Notes: generated by a model from the letters alone, not told the origin. DNA of 64,000 nt from Octopus sinensis (GCF_006345805.1 NC_043003.1:116250001-116314000); one strand, 5' to 3'; counted from the stretch's first letter, positions 1 to 12,490 are shown. Numbers and translations: made by a program.

Positions 1-640
1 GGATCCAAGCTCTCTTCACTTCGGCTATCCCAAACGTATTCATACGTTATCACACTGATCTATCCATCACCAGACCAGACCAGACTCCAGTCGCACACCC
101 AAATCTCCAGACCAATGACACCTCTAGCCACTCTACTACGCCTCATGTCTTCCGCTATTGTTCATTTTGCTTCACTGCCATCTCCCCTAGTTGTTATTTA
201 GTGGACAGGATGAAGTGCTTATCTCATGCCATTTGATGAAGCGTTGAATAAGAATTGCTGGAAGGCAATGAGAAAGTCGGATAATAAATAGATATAGATT
301 GAGTGATTCTGTAAAGAAGAGGGAATAGGTGTTTATCAATAAATCTGGAGGAAGAGAGGAATGAATGTTGATTAGAGGTTAAGAAAGAGGCAGTTTGTGG
401 TAAGACAGATTTAAAACCAGTTAATTAAATAATTGCCAAACAGAAAGACAAAGAATTTAAAGGAATTTTATGACACTTGTAGTGACAAGAAAAACTAAAA
501 ATCATAATTATTAGTAGAGTGAATGAGAGAGCGAAAGTGGGGGTGCGTGTGCTTGTGTATGAGCGTCTATGTGTGTAAGTGTGCGCGCGTGTGTATGACA
601 GTGTTGAGAATGTGTGTAGTATAAATATATATATGTGTGT

Positions 641-688
<48 letters not shown>

Positions 689-1042
689 GGAAGAGAGAGA
701 GGAAGGGAGTGATCGATAACAAAGACGAAATACAAAGTGTACGCGATCGAAACAAGCAGAATATTTAATAAAATTCAGGAAGATGGTTTAGTGAGTCAAT
801 TGAAGCAAAAGAAAAATATTTGCAGAAAATGGGGAGAAATCATTCGTTTATATTTAAACAACTAGAAAGCTATTTAATATGAGGGAGAGTTCCAGAAACA
901 GACGACGAGGGGTTTATGACTCCCCCTTTCTCTCTCTCCACTCTCTCTCTCTCTTCATTATAATATATATATATACATGCATACTTATATATATATATAT
1001 ATATATATGTATATAATACTTATATATATATATATATATTAT

Positions 1043-1074
<32 letters not shown>

Positions 1075-1108
1075 ATACATACATATATATATATATATAG
1101 ATATATAC

Positions 1109-1155
<47 letters not shown>

Positions 1156-1705
1156 CATATATATAAAAACCCACTCTTGTGGGTTCGACTGCGCACCTTC
1201 AAGAGTAAACGAGTGAGACAGAAACAGGCAGAAACAAGGAAAATTCCCCTTTTGTTTGAACATTATGCAGATATTCTTTAAAAAAAACTTTTCTTTTAAT
1301 TTTTCCAAAATAAATTTTGAAATGAGACAGGCTACGCTGGGAATATACAGATATTTGTATTTCGCATTTTGCATCATGCAAGTGTTAATAACGAAATCAT
1401 GAGACCTATGTAATCGTTTTATTTTGTATATATTCATTTGTCTTGCTCATCTTTACAATCTGGCGTTTTTGCTGAGATTTTTCTTCAGAAAACACTCTTC
1501 GTGGTAAGACGATTTGACGTCTATCTTTAGCATATTAGAAAACCAATTTAGTGGTCATTCCTCTTATTAATTGTGATATAATTCTTAAATCTTCGGATTT
1601 TTAAAGATATGCTAGACCACAGGTTTAAACTGATGTTAATTGATTGATATCAATTTCTATTCTCATTATTTAATTTACACCACATACACACACACGTATA
1701 TATAC

Positions 1706-1797
<92 letters not shown>

Positions 1798-1846
1798 GTA
1801 TGTATCTCTCTCTCTCTAATATATATATATATATTTATATATATAT

Positions 1847-1897
<51 letters not shown>

Positions 1898-1966
1898 GTA
1901 TATCTAAATGTATACATATATATATAGAATGATAATTCTAGGATGGAATTTATGAATATTTACTAC

Positions 1967-2100
1967 ATCGCTACGCACGTTTCAGCAGGTCACTTGACCT
2001 CAGCATCCGAGTTCGAATCTCTTAAGATGGGTACAGTATAGTACGTATTATCCCTAGGTATCCGATTGATCATCATCACTGATTTATTTGATCAGGCGAT
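1967..2100 (-). ncRNA. Degenerate type I hammerhead-like motif (core CUGAUCA)
   Basis: Minus strand reads ATCGC-CTGATCA-...-GAAACGTGCGTA-GCGAT; stem I covaries relative to the plus-strand copy; G8 is changed to C. Confidence 0.5.
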
Positions 2101-2204
2101 ACTGCATTACTGGATGAATCACAGATGGGTATTTATCCCGTCGCAATATGTTAGCTATGATACAGTGATAATCATCTCTTTGTGATTTATGCATTAATTT
2201 CAGT

Positions 2205-2337
2205 ATCACCTGATGAAATGAACCAATGATGATGATCAAGCGGATGTCTACGGATAATACAGACGATACTGTACCCATCCCAAGGATACGAACTCTGGTG
2301 TCAAAGTCACGTGATTAGTGGAAACGCGCGTAGTGAT
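2205..2337 (+). ncRNA. Type I hammerhead ribozyme-like motif with long domain II insertion
   Basis: ATCAC-CTGATGA(2210-2216)-~104 nt-GAAAC-GCGC-GTA-GTGAT; stem I ATCAC/GTGAT; palindromic stem III. Confidence 0.6.
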
Positions 2338-2679
2338 GTATCAAATATATATAAATTCCATCCTAGAATTATTGTTATTATTTATCCTAGATTATATTGT
2401 TATAACCATGATGAAACCCGGAAAAACTGACTCACTAATCGGTATCATTAGGCGGCAGCCGGCTTATTGAAATAGGAGCTTTATTTGCATAACCCTAACC
2501 ATAAAAGTACTTAAAAGATATATAAATATATATAATATAAATTAGAGAAAAGCCACTATTATGCAATTCAAACAATGTCAGACATAAACCAAATCATATA
2601 TATAAAATAGAATATATTTTTTAAAACATATAACTAGATCACAAAAAGTACAAAAATGAATAAACAATATATAGTAAGT

Positions 2680-2800
2680 AAAAAAAATACGTACGTTTCA
2701 TGGCTATAATTTAAATTCGAATATTCGAATTACAATTAAATTTAAATTTAATCGAAAAACAAATCAATTTGAAATTATAGTCACTCTTCAGGTTACTACT
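2680..2800 (-). ncRNA. Hammerhead-like motif with long AT-rich stem II; stem I damaged
   Basis: Minus strand: AGTAGTAAC-CTGAAGA-GTGACTATAATTT...AAATTATAGCCAT-GAAAC-GTAC-GTA-TTTTTTTTACT; stem II pairs 12 of 13; the stem I 3' strand is a T-run. Confidence 0.55.
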
Positions 2801-2839
2801 AATAATAATAATAATTATTATTATTATTATTATTATTAT

Positions 2840-2939
<100 letters not shown>

Positions 2940-3641
2940 TTAATAAAATAAATACTCAAATAGAATTAAACAATATTTCTGAAAGAAAAATCATGATTTT
3001 CTTTTCGTATTTTTCTAATTTACATATTATATATATTTATATTGTGAAATTTGATTCAATACTAAATTGAATTTTCCCCCGTAAATTTGGAGTTATACAC
3101 CCTAATAGCATATACGTCCCTATATCTAGATAATTATGTGACCATTTTCTGTAATTCTTGCGGTAGTAAACTACGTAGAGTATCTTACATTCATCATTAA
3201 TGTTAAAGAACGTGGAATTAGCTGACATTTAGGATCCTCTAAGTATGTTTTCCCTATGCCTTTTTTACTTTTCTATAAAATCATGGAGATTCATTTTATT
3301 CCTCACAGCAAACGTAACAATTACTTTCAGCGTGCAAATTCTTCAAATTCACAATTATGGAATCGGATCTTAAATTCTTGTCAAATATAGCATATTAACA
3401 TATGTAATTCCTTACAATATATAACTTTCAGTCCATTTTGTTACCAATCGAAATATGTTTTGAGGCCTATTTGATCCAGTAGGAGAGACATTCAATGTGC
3501 TTTTTCATGGATAACGTTTCTCGCTGTAATCAAATCGATGTAAAGCCACCGAGTCAGCTCACAGCACATCGTAACGAGACTGTAAGATGCATGTATTTCG
3601 TAGAGGTTATCTCCTCTTCAGGAACAGAACCCGGAAAGGTA

Positions 3642-3741
3642 NNNNNNNNNNNNNNNNNNNNNNNNNNNNNNNNNNNNNNNNNNNNNNNNNNNNNNNNNNN
3701 NNNNNNNNNNNNNNNNNNNNNNNNNNNNNNNNNNNNNNNNN
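3642..3741. other. Assembly gap (100 N)
   Basis: Run of N. Confidence 0.99.
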
Positions 3742-3871
3742 GCCGCTGAAATCAGGAGTGGTTGGAGATCACGCGGTCGTTAGCCTCAAAGCGCCAGGCC
3801 TGGTCGGTGTTTGTGAGAGATGCAGCATTGAGGATGATTGAAACCAGCTAAACCCACCCCGGGTGAATGCT

Positions 3872-3903
<32 letters not shown>

Positions 3904-3921
3904 AAGAAGAAGAAGAAGAAG

Positions 3922-3922
<1 letters not shown>
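3742..3922 (+). mobile_element. Possible RTE-clade LINE 3' end with (AAG)n tail
   Basis: GC-rich segment translating to ...RQAWSVFVRDAA..., ending abruptly in a trinucleotide tail; the 5' side is lost in the gap. Confidence 0.3.
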
Positions 3923-3977
<55 letters not shown>

Positions 3978-4394
3978 GTGTTTTCTTTTATTTCTTTCAA
4001 AATAACCAAATATCCGTATGAAGTTATGCATGCTATTTTCGGCACAGTATTTTAGCGCGTCTGAGGGAATGTTTCACGAGAAATGTTTCGGCGTCCAATT
4101 GGTACCCATTGTTTCGACACTTGAAGGATGAAAGACAAAGTCGACTGCGGCGGCAGAATTTGAACCCTGAATATAAAAATCGTAGAAAAGCTGCCAAGCT
4201 TTTTTACCCGGTGTGCTAACAATTGTGCCACCTCATATTTAAGGATATTAATAAAATACTGGTAATAACAATATTTTAATTAATTGGGGTTATAAGCCAT
4301 TGCTAAATAATCTTCTTTAGCAGGTAGTGCTTGACTCATTATCAACACAAGTCAAGTAAACCTGAAATTAAAGGTATTCAAATCAGGCCAATTC

Positions 4395-4564
4395 AAGCCG
4401 GATCTGCGGAGATTTGCCTGCGGATCTGCATCTAGGATTCACTTCCTTCACAAATACCACGATAGCTACCGATGAAACCAAACAACTTCCCTCTTCCTAT
4501 TATAAATCCAGACCCCGTAACACTAGATGCAGTGGAGAGCTTCGTGGGTCGCAAGAAACCTTAT
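4395..4564 (+). repeat. Local duplicate segment (empty-site paralog of 6936-7301)
   Basis: Near-identical to 6936-7061 joined to 7258-7301. Confidence 0.9.
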
Positions 4565-5094
4565 ATTTGCAATAACCACGACACCCTAGTTTTTCCGTCC
4601 TATAACCTCAGCATTCTGAAATATTCTTCACATTCTTATCTTCATTTAGGGTCTTTAGGGTGTTGCTGTCAACATAAGCGCATTTTTGATTGCATCAGTT
4701 TTGTAGGTTTCAAATGAACTGAAGGGGCCATGGGTACCCCTGTTCCTCCAACAAGTTAAAAAGAAAGACAAATCGATCAAGTGTAAGACTGTTACTCTGA
4801 CTCCCGAGACGCGTAACTTGGCTCATCTAATAACTCTCTTTTTCAGTTGTTAAGAAACACGTTGCTTTGACTGAACAGATTTTTGAAAAAGGGCGCGCCT
4901 ACCATGCACATCAACAGAGAGGATAGATAATTAATTTCGGAGATATTGATTTCAGTGATATTACCATTACTACGTCGAATGGACACGGGAGAAATCCTCT
5001 TGACCAGCATCATAAATGGTGGTTTTAAAATGTCTGGTAATGGAATGTCTTATCAGTTAGTAAGTCACCGTCGTCGTTGTTGTTGCTGTTGCTT

Positions 5095-5126
<32 letters not shown>

Positions 5127-5769
5127 GAAAAGAAGTTATTTTTGGGACAGTTCTATCCACTTTTCATCAGCCACTCTTCATAGATGATGTACCCTTCACT
5201 CTAACACTGTCATCTCCCGTTTCTCCTTTTCTTCTCTTTTTTCATTCACCCTCGCTGCTGCCATTTTTCCTTCCTCATCAAACCATCCATTCTTCCAATC
5301 ACTCAATAACATCCTAACTCGTTCCATCACTACTCTCTTATACACTTGAATCTCTTGACATCCTTCACAAGCCGAGCTCTCTCAAAAAATCATTTTTCAC
5401 CTTTAACTCCGCTTACCACGTCTGCTTCGCTGGGCAGCAAGAAAAGCTTCTCAAAATTCGGAGCCATGCACGCACGAGCACATTACACACACACAATCAG
5501 TGAGAAACTTACAAACACACGCATATATGTGCGTATGTATGTATGCAAATGTATAGGTGTGACATAGAGTGCGTGTCTCTGCCTGCTCGTGTGGGTATGG
5601 GTGACTGCAGTATACTGTTATAATTGTGTGTGCGCATGTATGTGTGCGTGTATGTAAGAATGTATATAAGCATACACATGGTTGTAATATTTTGCAATAC
5701 TTAAACACGAACACTTATAATAATGCACATGAGTGCACGCGCGTATATCTAGATATATATACATATGTG

Positions 5770-5803
<34 letters not shown>

Positions 5804-5853
5804 CATGTTTATATGTATACATGTATATATATGTATGTATATATATATATATA

Positions 5854-5885
<32 letters not shown>

Positions 5886-6060
5886 CACATGTGTGTATGT
5901 ATGTATGCATATATACATATATATATATTTATATAAATATATATATACATATATGAATGTATATATATACACTCACACATATGTATATGTATATATATGT
6001 ATGTTATATATATATATATATATACACTTATATGTATGTATATATGTATATATATGTATG

Positions 6061-6091
<31 letters not shown>

Positions 6092-6107
6092 GTATATATA
6101 TATACAT

Positions 6108-6164
<57 letters not shown>

Positions 6165-6205
6165 TGTATGCATATATGTATATACAGCATAATGCATAGA
6201 CTTAC

Positions 6206-6404
6206 ACATCTTTGCGTGCAACATTCGAAATGAAGCCAGCTTGACATCAACGCAAATCTTCACGAAGTTTGATGTCAGCAGCTGCCATTTCGTTTTTGTG
6301 TATTGCGTAGCGGCAATTCACAGTCAAATGGATTTAACACATGCACGCCGCGGTGACAACTGGTCGTGTTCGCGCACACTTCCGGACGAACAGGAATGAA
6401 ATAG
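6206..6404 (-). other. Candidate non-coding exon
   Basis: Minus strand: long polypyrimidine tract ...TTTCCACTTTCTTCCAG acceptor, a 199-nt CpG-rich body and a GTAAGT donor; all three frames contain a stop codon. Confidence 0.4.
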
Positions 6405-6662
6405 CTGGAAGAAAGTGGAAATAAGAACAAACAAATAAGAAATAGTAAGAATGAAGACTAGATTTTTTTAAAAAAAGGAAAACAATGGAATAGAATGGTA
6501 AAATAATGATATAGGAAAAAAAAGTTGGATATGCAGATGATGGAGAAGAGTATTATAAGGATGAATATGGCGGTGATGATCCTGATGATGATAATGATAA
6601 TGATGATGTTAAGAATAATGATAATGATAATAATAATAATAATGATTATAAGAATAATAATG

Positions 6663-6693
<31 letters not shown>

Positions 6694-6704
6694 TGATGAT
6701 GATG

Positions 6705-6736
<32 letters not shown>

Positions 6737-7061
6737 AATAATAATAATGATAATAATAATAATGATAGATAATAACGACTGAGTTTGTTTTTCTTTAACT
6801 GCTTAATGGCATCAAAACTAAAGTAATGCTACAGCAACAAGGGGAAATCAATGACTAGAACGAACCAAGAAGAGAGCATTTTGACAGTTCCTTGCAAGAG
6901 CTCTAGATTTTACCACTTTTTGAGAAGTGACGATGAAGCCGGATCTGCGGAGGTTTGCCTGCGGATCTGCAGCTAGGATTCACTTCCTTCACAAATACCA
7001 CGATAGCTACCGATGAAACCAAACAACTTCCCTCTTCCTATTATAAATCCAGTCCCCGTAA

Positions 7062-7257
7062 TTATATCTTTATCATCATCTCATTGATTAATAATATGAA
7101 TAGGCTTAGAATTAAATTTAATAGGAATTTTACCCTTAATAAATATTAAATCTAAAAATTTTGAAATCGAAAGATCTATAAAGTATTTTATTATTCATTC
7201 AATGAGATCATCATTATTTATCAGAGGATCAATCTTTATATATATATCTTCGATCTC
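7062..7257 (+). pseudogene. nad2: NUMT: fragment of mitochondrial NADH dehydrogenase subunit 2
   Basis: Invertebrate mitochondrial code from 7061 gives IMSLSSSHWLMMWMGLELNLMGILPLMNIKSKNFEIESSMKYFIIHSMSSSLFISGSIFMY, matching the ND2 N-terminal motifs W..W.GLE.N and KYF..; no stops in the mitochondrial code. Confidence 0.9.
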
Positions 7258-8379
7258 CACTAGATGCAGTAGAGAGCTGCGTGGGTCGCAAGAAACCTTA
7301 TGCTTTAACGAATCTCAAGACAAGGCAAGCGTGCAGTACATCCCGTGTGATACAGATACACGTCCCCATCATGTGAGAAAATGGAAAAGGGGACGTATTA
7401 TAGGATCTGACCAGCCCCTTTTGTAAATTTAAATTATATAATCCAACGTTGTTTTTCCCGAATCAATTATTTTTCCTGCAGAGGAGACACCATACCATCT
7501 TCAAGAGAAACGGTTTGAGTAATCCTACTACACCGACTCCAACCCGGACACCATGATTGAAGCTTCCCAGATTTGCAAGTTACCATTCTGAATTTATCGC
7601 CAGGTTTAGGGCTGAGGATTCCGTCATTGGATTCCTGTCTTGAGCCACTTGCAAGAACGCACGACGTGAAATTCGCTGAGTGGAAAACTAGAGCCTTGGC
7701 ATTGACCGTATAGTTCAGAGCAGTTTAGGGATTTCTATCACTCCGAGCAGAGCAGGACTTGCTACCTTAGATTGTGCTTCCAAACCTTGTAGTGGTGACT
7801 GAACCGTTGGAATAGAAGTGCTGAATAACCGGAAAAATTCATTTCTATTCCAACCCTCAACTTAGGTTCCCTACTTCACTGATATTTCCATATTCCAGCA
7901 ATGATTAAAGTTAAATGAAACGGTCGATATTGGAGGACGCCAGGGTATGAATGTTGGGTGATGCCTCTTCAGATTGTGCACCAATGAAGGATTCAAAATC
8001 ATATTAGTCAGCAGTAACTATTTACTTAATAAACGGAATGATGTCGGATTGTTTTTTGCTCATAGAAAACCTTGAACGCCCCGATAAAACTTGGTGGGTT
8101 CTAGCAGCACCTACGATGAGATAGGATAGTCTCCGGTTCTTGCCTAACGTGCTACGGCGATATCTCTTTCACTGGGCTCCCGTTTGTTGAGCTGCAGAAT
8201 GTTATGAGTTGTCTGCCCTACATCGAGCTACAACCATTTTGTTCCTTCCTCACTTTTACTCCTCAGTCGTCTTTCCCATTTCTATTTGTCCATTCGTTCC
8301 TCATCATCGTCAGTTTTCTCAGCAAGACGTCCTACCAATATCTACATATATTTTACCCACGTTTAAATAAATCAAATGT

Positions 8380-8612
8380 TTCCTTCTCGAGCGAAGCTAG
8401 GCTCATAAGGACCGGTTTTCCGGTTTCAATGTCGTATATATTCCCCCACCTGGATGGGACGCTGGTCCCTCGCAGGATTACACCTTTTTACCAGCTGAGT
8501 GGACTGGAGCAACATGAAATGAAGTGTCTTGCTCAAGGACACAACGCATCACCCGGTCCAGGAATTGAAGCCACATGAGTTCAACAACCCTAACCACTAA
8601 GCTACGCACCCC
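8380..8612 (-). mobile_element. tRNA-derived SINE (degenerate)
   Basis: Minus strand starts GGTGCGTAGCTTAGTGGTTAGGG (A box), contains GTGTCCTTGAGCAAGACAC, and shares its 3' tail with the SINE at 48799-49092. Confidence 0.7.
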
Positions 8613-9970
8613 CGCTTTATGCAATTACAAATAAATTTGCCTATCATATATACTATTCTACTTTGCATAAAGCTTTAGCTATATTGGTACTTCTGGCTCT
8701 CATTTATTAAGTATTCTAGTGTATCAGTATTTTAACAAAACGATGGTACCTTTTCTTAATTATAATGTTACTTTGTAAATTCAAATCAAATAATTCAAAC
8801 ATTCATATCTTATCCTTAGCTACAATATTTTAAGTAAAAATTTTCTTTTCTATACTTTACCAGGTGTCATGATTTGTCCTGAACTTTTCCAAGTGTAATA
8901 ACTTGTCCTGTAATTTTCCAGGTTTATAATCTTAATATTATTTCTCTTGCTTGCATTTTTCCATATAATCCATGTTTTTTCCAGGCTATGCTATTACGCT
9001 AATTAAGAATGTGTCAAATGTGTCAATTAGCGATTGTCGTTGATAATTTTTTCCATACATAAATGACGCCAGTGACATATATTAAAAGTCCATCTATAGA
9101 TTTATATTCATAAAAAGTATAGAACTATATTATCACCCTCAAATTTGAGAAAGAAGCACTCATAACTTTCTTCCCTTTTAAAACTTCATTACATGACATT
9201 GATAGCATGAAATTCCTCGAATTGAGCTCTATCATTTAAACTTAATTAAAATATAGTTTGTTTTTAAAATAAAGAAAAAAGTTAATTATACTTAAATCTA
9301 ATTTTTTGCCTTGCTTATATTTTTTTCTCGTGACAATTCTTAGTTACATGGGGCCAAAACTATGAAATTCCTCATGCTTTCTTCTATCATGAAAGCTCAG
9401 ATATATATATTTCTGCTTTTAAACTGAAAAAGTTATTTAGATCTAAGTTTGACTGGAAGCGTTCTCCTCTAACGTTGGTACAAATTTTGATGTAAACTTT
9501 CTACTGGACCAAATCTCAATTTTTATGCCAAAATGCAGCTGGGGACCATTCCGCTTCAAATATGTTAACAGTTTTCAATTTCGTTAAGAAGCGACTTAGA
9601 GACAAGCTTTAAAAGGTGCTGCATGTGCGTAACTTGTGGCCTTAAGAATATTATTCAACTACTAGCGCAGTTGAATAATATGCATATTGGTGTATACTGT
9701 AGTATGGAACGGTGAGAATGATTGAGCAACATCGCATTTAGTGGATAGAAATGCTTTCTTTGTGGACTAACAATGCTATTAATGGTTACATGTTGAAAGT
9801 ATTTCACATTCTACAAGCGACCCGGCCCACTTTGAAATGCTAATAGCATTATTCATTTTCGAGGCAATTACCAGCATTTCTAAGTGGATCGTGTTCCACA
9901 TGGCAGAACTGATAGTTCTGTCAATTCTTAAGTGTATTATATATTACTATTTATATACCCACATCTACGC

Positions 9971-10008
<38 letters not shown>

Positions 10009-10610
10009 TATATATATATTATTATATATATATATATATACAAACTCTTACTGTATAAATACATATACATGCATACATACAAAGGCATACGCACACACAC
10101 TCACATATATGTATATATATACGTACATATACTTTACGAGCACATGTAAATAATTTGAACTCGTTGTTGAATTTCACTCGCATGCCATATTGAACTATAA
10201 TAACCTTTTGACAGTAAACATAGAAAGTAAGTAAGATTGCTCTGTTACCGTGTTACTGGACAGAAAATTCAAAAGAATAAACGTAAAATAAACTGTAAGA
10301 GTATGAATAATACACCAGCATAGAAAACAGAGATTTCATCTGAACCGCTTCCCGAATTACAATTTCAGATTCTTCTTTCAATTTTGGGAATGGTTTTAGG
10401 CATCGATTGAAGCTAGTACAAGAACAGGATATAAAATATCACTGGTGCTTGTTTTATCCTCGCCAAAAGGAAACCCAGATCCTGAAAGAAAATTTCTACA
10501 GTTGAACTACAGAAGTAGAAACAGAAGCCAAATTTCCTTCTTGGAATATGTATTATATATCTATATATATATATATTTATAATAAGAGTAGATCGTATAC
10601 GAGTGGGTAT

Positions 10611-11220
10611 ATATTTATAAAAAAGAAGTTTGAAAACGTCACTATATTAGATAAATTATAATTTTCTTATGAATTTTACATGTTTCGGTTCTTGAAAAAA
10701 CGAACCTTATCAAAAATATTATAAAAAGTGTAATGGAGAAGAAAAGTGTAATGGAGAAGTTCATAATCGGTTCTAACTGGTCTCGAACCTTATCAAAAAT
10801 ATTATACAAAGGGAAAATTGAAAAGTTCATAATCGTTTCTTACTGTTAATCGCTATATTCCTGTTGAGTGTATTGAAGAAGTCCATTATTGTTTCTTGCT
10901 ATAATTATTGGAACACAAAGTAACAAAAAAGCGGTTCCTTTTAATACCAGCAAGAAACAATAATGGACTTCTTCAATACACTCAACAGGAATATAGCGAT
11001 TAACAGTAAGAAACGATTATGAACTTTTCAATTTTCCCTTTGTATAATATTTTTGATAAGGTTCGAGACCAGTTAGAACCGATTATGAACTTCTCCATTA
11101 CACTTTTTATAATATTTTTGATAAGGTTCGTTTTTTCAAGAACCGAAACATGTAAAATTCATAAGAAAATTATAATTTATCTAATATAGTGACGTTTTCA
11201 AACTTCTTTTTTACAAATAT
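10611..11220. repeat. Near-perfect long palindrome (arms ~10611-10900 and ~10949-11220)
   Basis: Arms are reverse complements apart from a ~17-nt internal duplication (AAAAGTGTAATGGAGAA) in the left arm and a few single-base differences; spacer ~48 nt. Confidence 0.92.
11114..11158 (+). ncRNA. Minimal hammerhead-like motif, U3-A8 core variant (mirror copy at ~10673-10717, minus strand)
   Basis: ATTT-TTGATAA-GGTTC-loop-GAACC-GAAAC-AT-GTA-AAAT. Confidence 0.5.
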
Positions 11221-11231
11221 ATATATATATA

Positions 11232-12430
11232 TATCAGGTCAGCCCATACGTTCTTTCCGAATTTTGAATGAAGAAACCAAGTGATCAAAGGTTATATTTA
11301 TTTGAAATTTAATCATCACTTTCCCTGATTATCTATGACTTCCTTCCATCTATTTACAGGCGTTTTAATCCCATGAATGGAAAACTCCGAAGAACTCTGA
11401 AATGCCAGTTTCGACCTCCTCCTGGCTTGAGAAAGTTATGTCTCCCAAATGATTCTCTAAAATACAAAACAAATGATAGTATGAAGGAGTAAGGTCGGGA
11501 GAATTATGTGGATGAAGATTTTTTTCCCAACCAAGCTCTTCGACATTCTGTGATGTGATCTTCGCAGTGTGGGATCGGCCATTGTCCTGATGAAACATCA
11601 AACGGTTTAATTGCTGACAGTAGACGTGAGCATTGATTGTTGCATTAGGTTGTAACAATTCAAAGTGAATTCCTCCTTTCCAATCCCACCAGATAGAACG
11701 AATAACCTTTTTCCAATGAAGTTCCCTTCACGGTTGTGGTTGAGTTATTTCCCTTTTTCCCAAGCCACTGTTTATGACATTTAACATTTCGATAGAAGAT
11801 CCATTTTTTGTCACCAGTCACAAGTCTATCGAAAAAGTGGGAAATGATTTCGCGAGAATGGAGAGAGAGCAGATGTCAACTCGGGATTTGCGGTTGCTTT
11901 CGGACAATTCATGAGGCACCCATTTTCCAAGATTAGGAACCGTTCCAAGTAGTTGAAGATGACAATGAAGAGTTGTATAGTTTGAATTAAGCTCTATTGC
12001 CAATTCTTCAACTGATAATGCAGAATTTTCTTCAAGTAATGCCTCAAGGAACTTATCATCAAACTCAGCTGGACGTTCTGTTCGATCTTCATCTTCAAGA
12101 CTGAAATCTCCACTTCTGGATTTTGCAAACCGTCGTCAGCAAGTGATTTTATTCAAACATTCTTTCCCATAAATTCAGTGTATTTTTCGAGTCGCTTCGT
12201 CTACAGATTTTACATTTAAGGCATTATTTGCCTTAAAAGCTCTATGGATACTTCTATGTTAGAAAGGGCTTTAAATCAGAGAAATTTTAATTCTATTATT
12301 CTGTAAAATAATATATAATTAATGTAAATGTACACAAATGCATAAACATAATTTCAATTCCATTACACGTTCTAAAATACTATTAAATTTCATTCAATTT
12401 TAAAACAGGTAAAGTCGGACAGAACTTATG

Positions 12431-12438
<8 letters not shown>
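11232..12438 (-). mobile_element. Mariner-family DNA transposon, defective
   Basis: Remnant motifs GKWVPHELSE, FHQDNGRSHTA and HPHNSPDLTPSYYHLF; degenerate terminal inverted repeats (TIRs; GGTCAGCCCATACGTTCTTTCCGA / TCGGACAGAACTTATGACC) flanked by TA runs. Confidence 0.9.

Positions 12439-12490
<52 letters not shown>

Larger units (their letters stand above)
1932..2372. repeat. Diverged inverted repeat (arms ~1932-2104 and ~2201-2372), each arm carrying a hammerhead-like motif
   Basis: ATAATTCTAGGATGGAATTTAT at 1932 is the reverse complement of the sequence ending at 2372; similarity continues through both arms (e.g. GATGGGTACAGTAT / ATACTGTACCCATC). Confidence 0.85.

Noticed and set aside
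230-410. Possible PLE RT remnant on the minus strand (SRFIDKHLFPL-like)
   Set aside because: Too degenerate to support without a profile search.
3037-3430. Possible GIY-YIG remnant on the minus strand (RNKMNLH)
   Set aside because: Only one weak motif is visible.
7480-8200. Possible LINE ORF1 fossil (also 17030-17660 and 59900-60900)
   Set aside because: Coding-like composition, but multiple stops and no motif I can name confidently.
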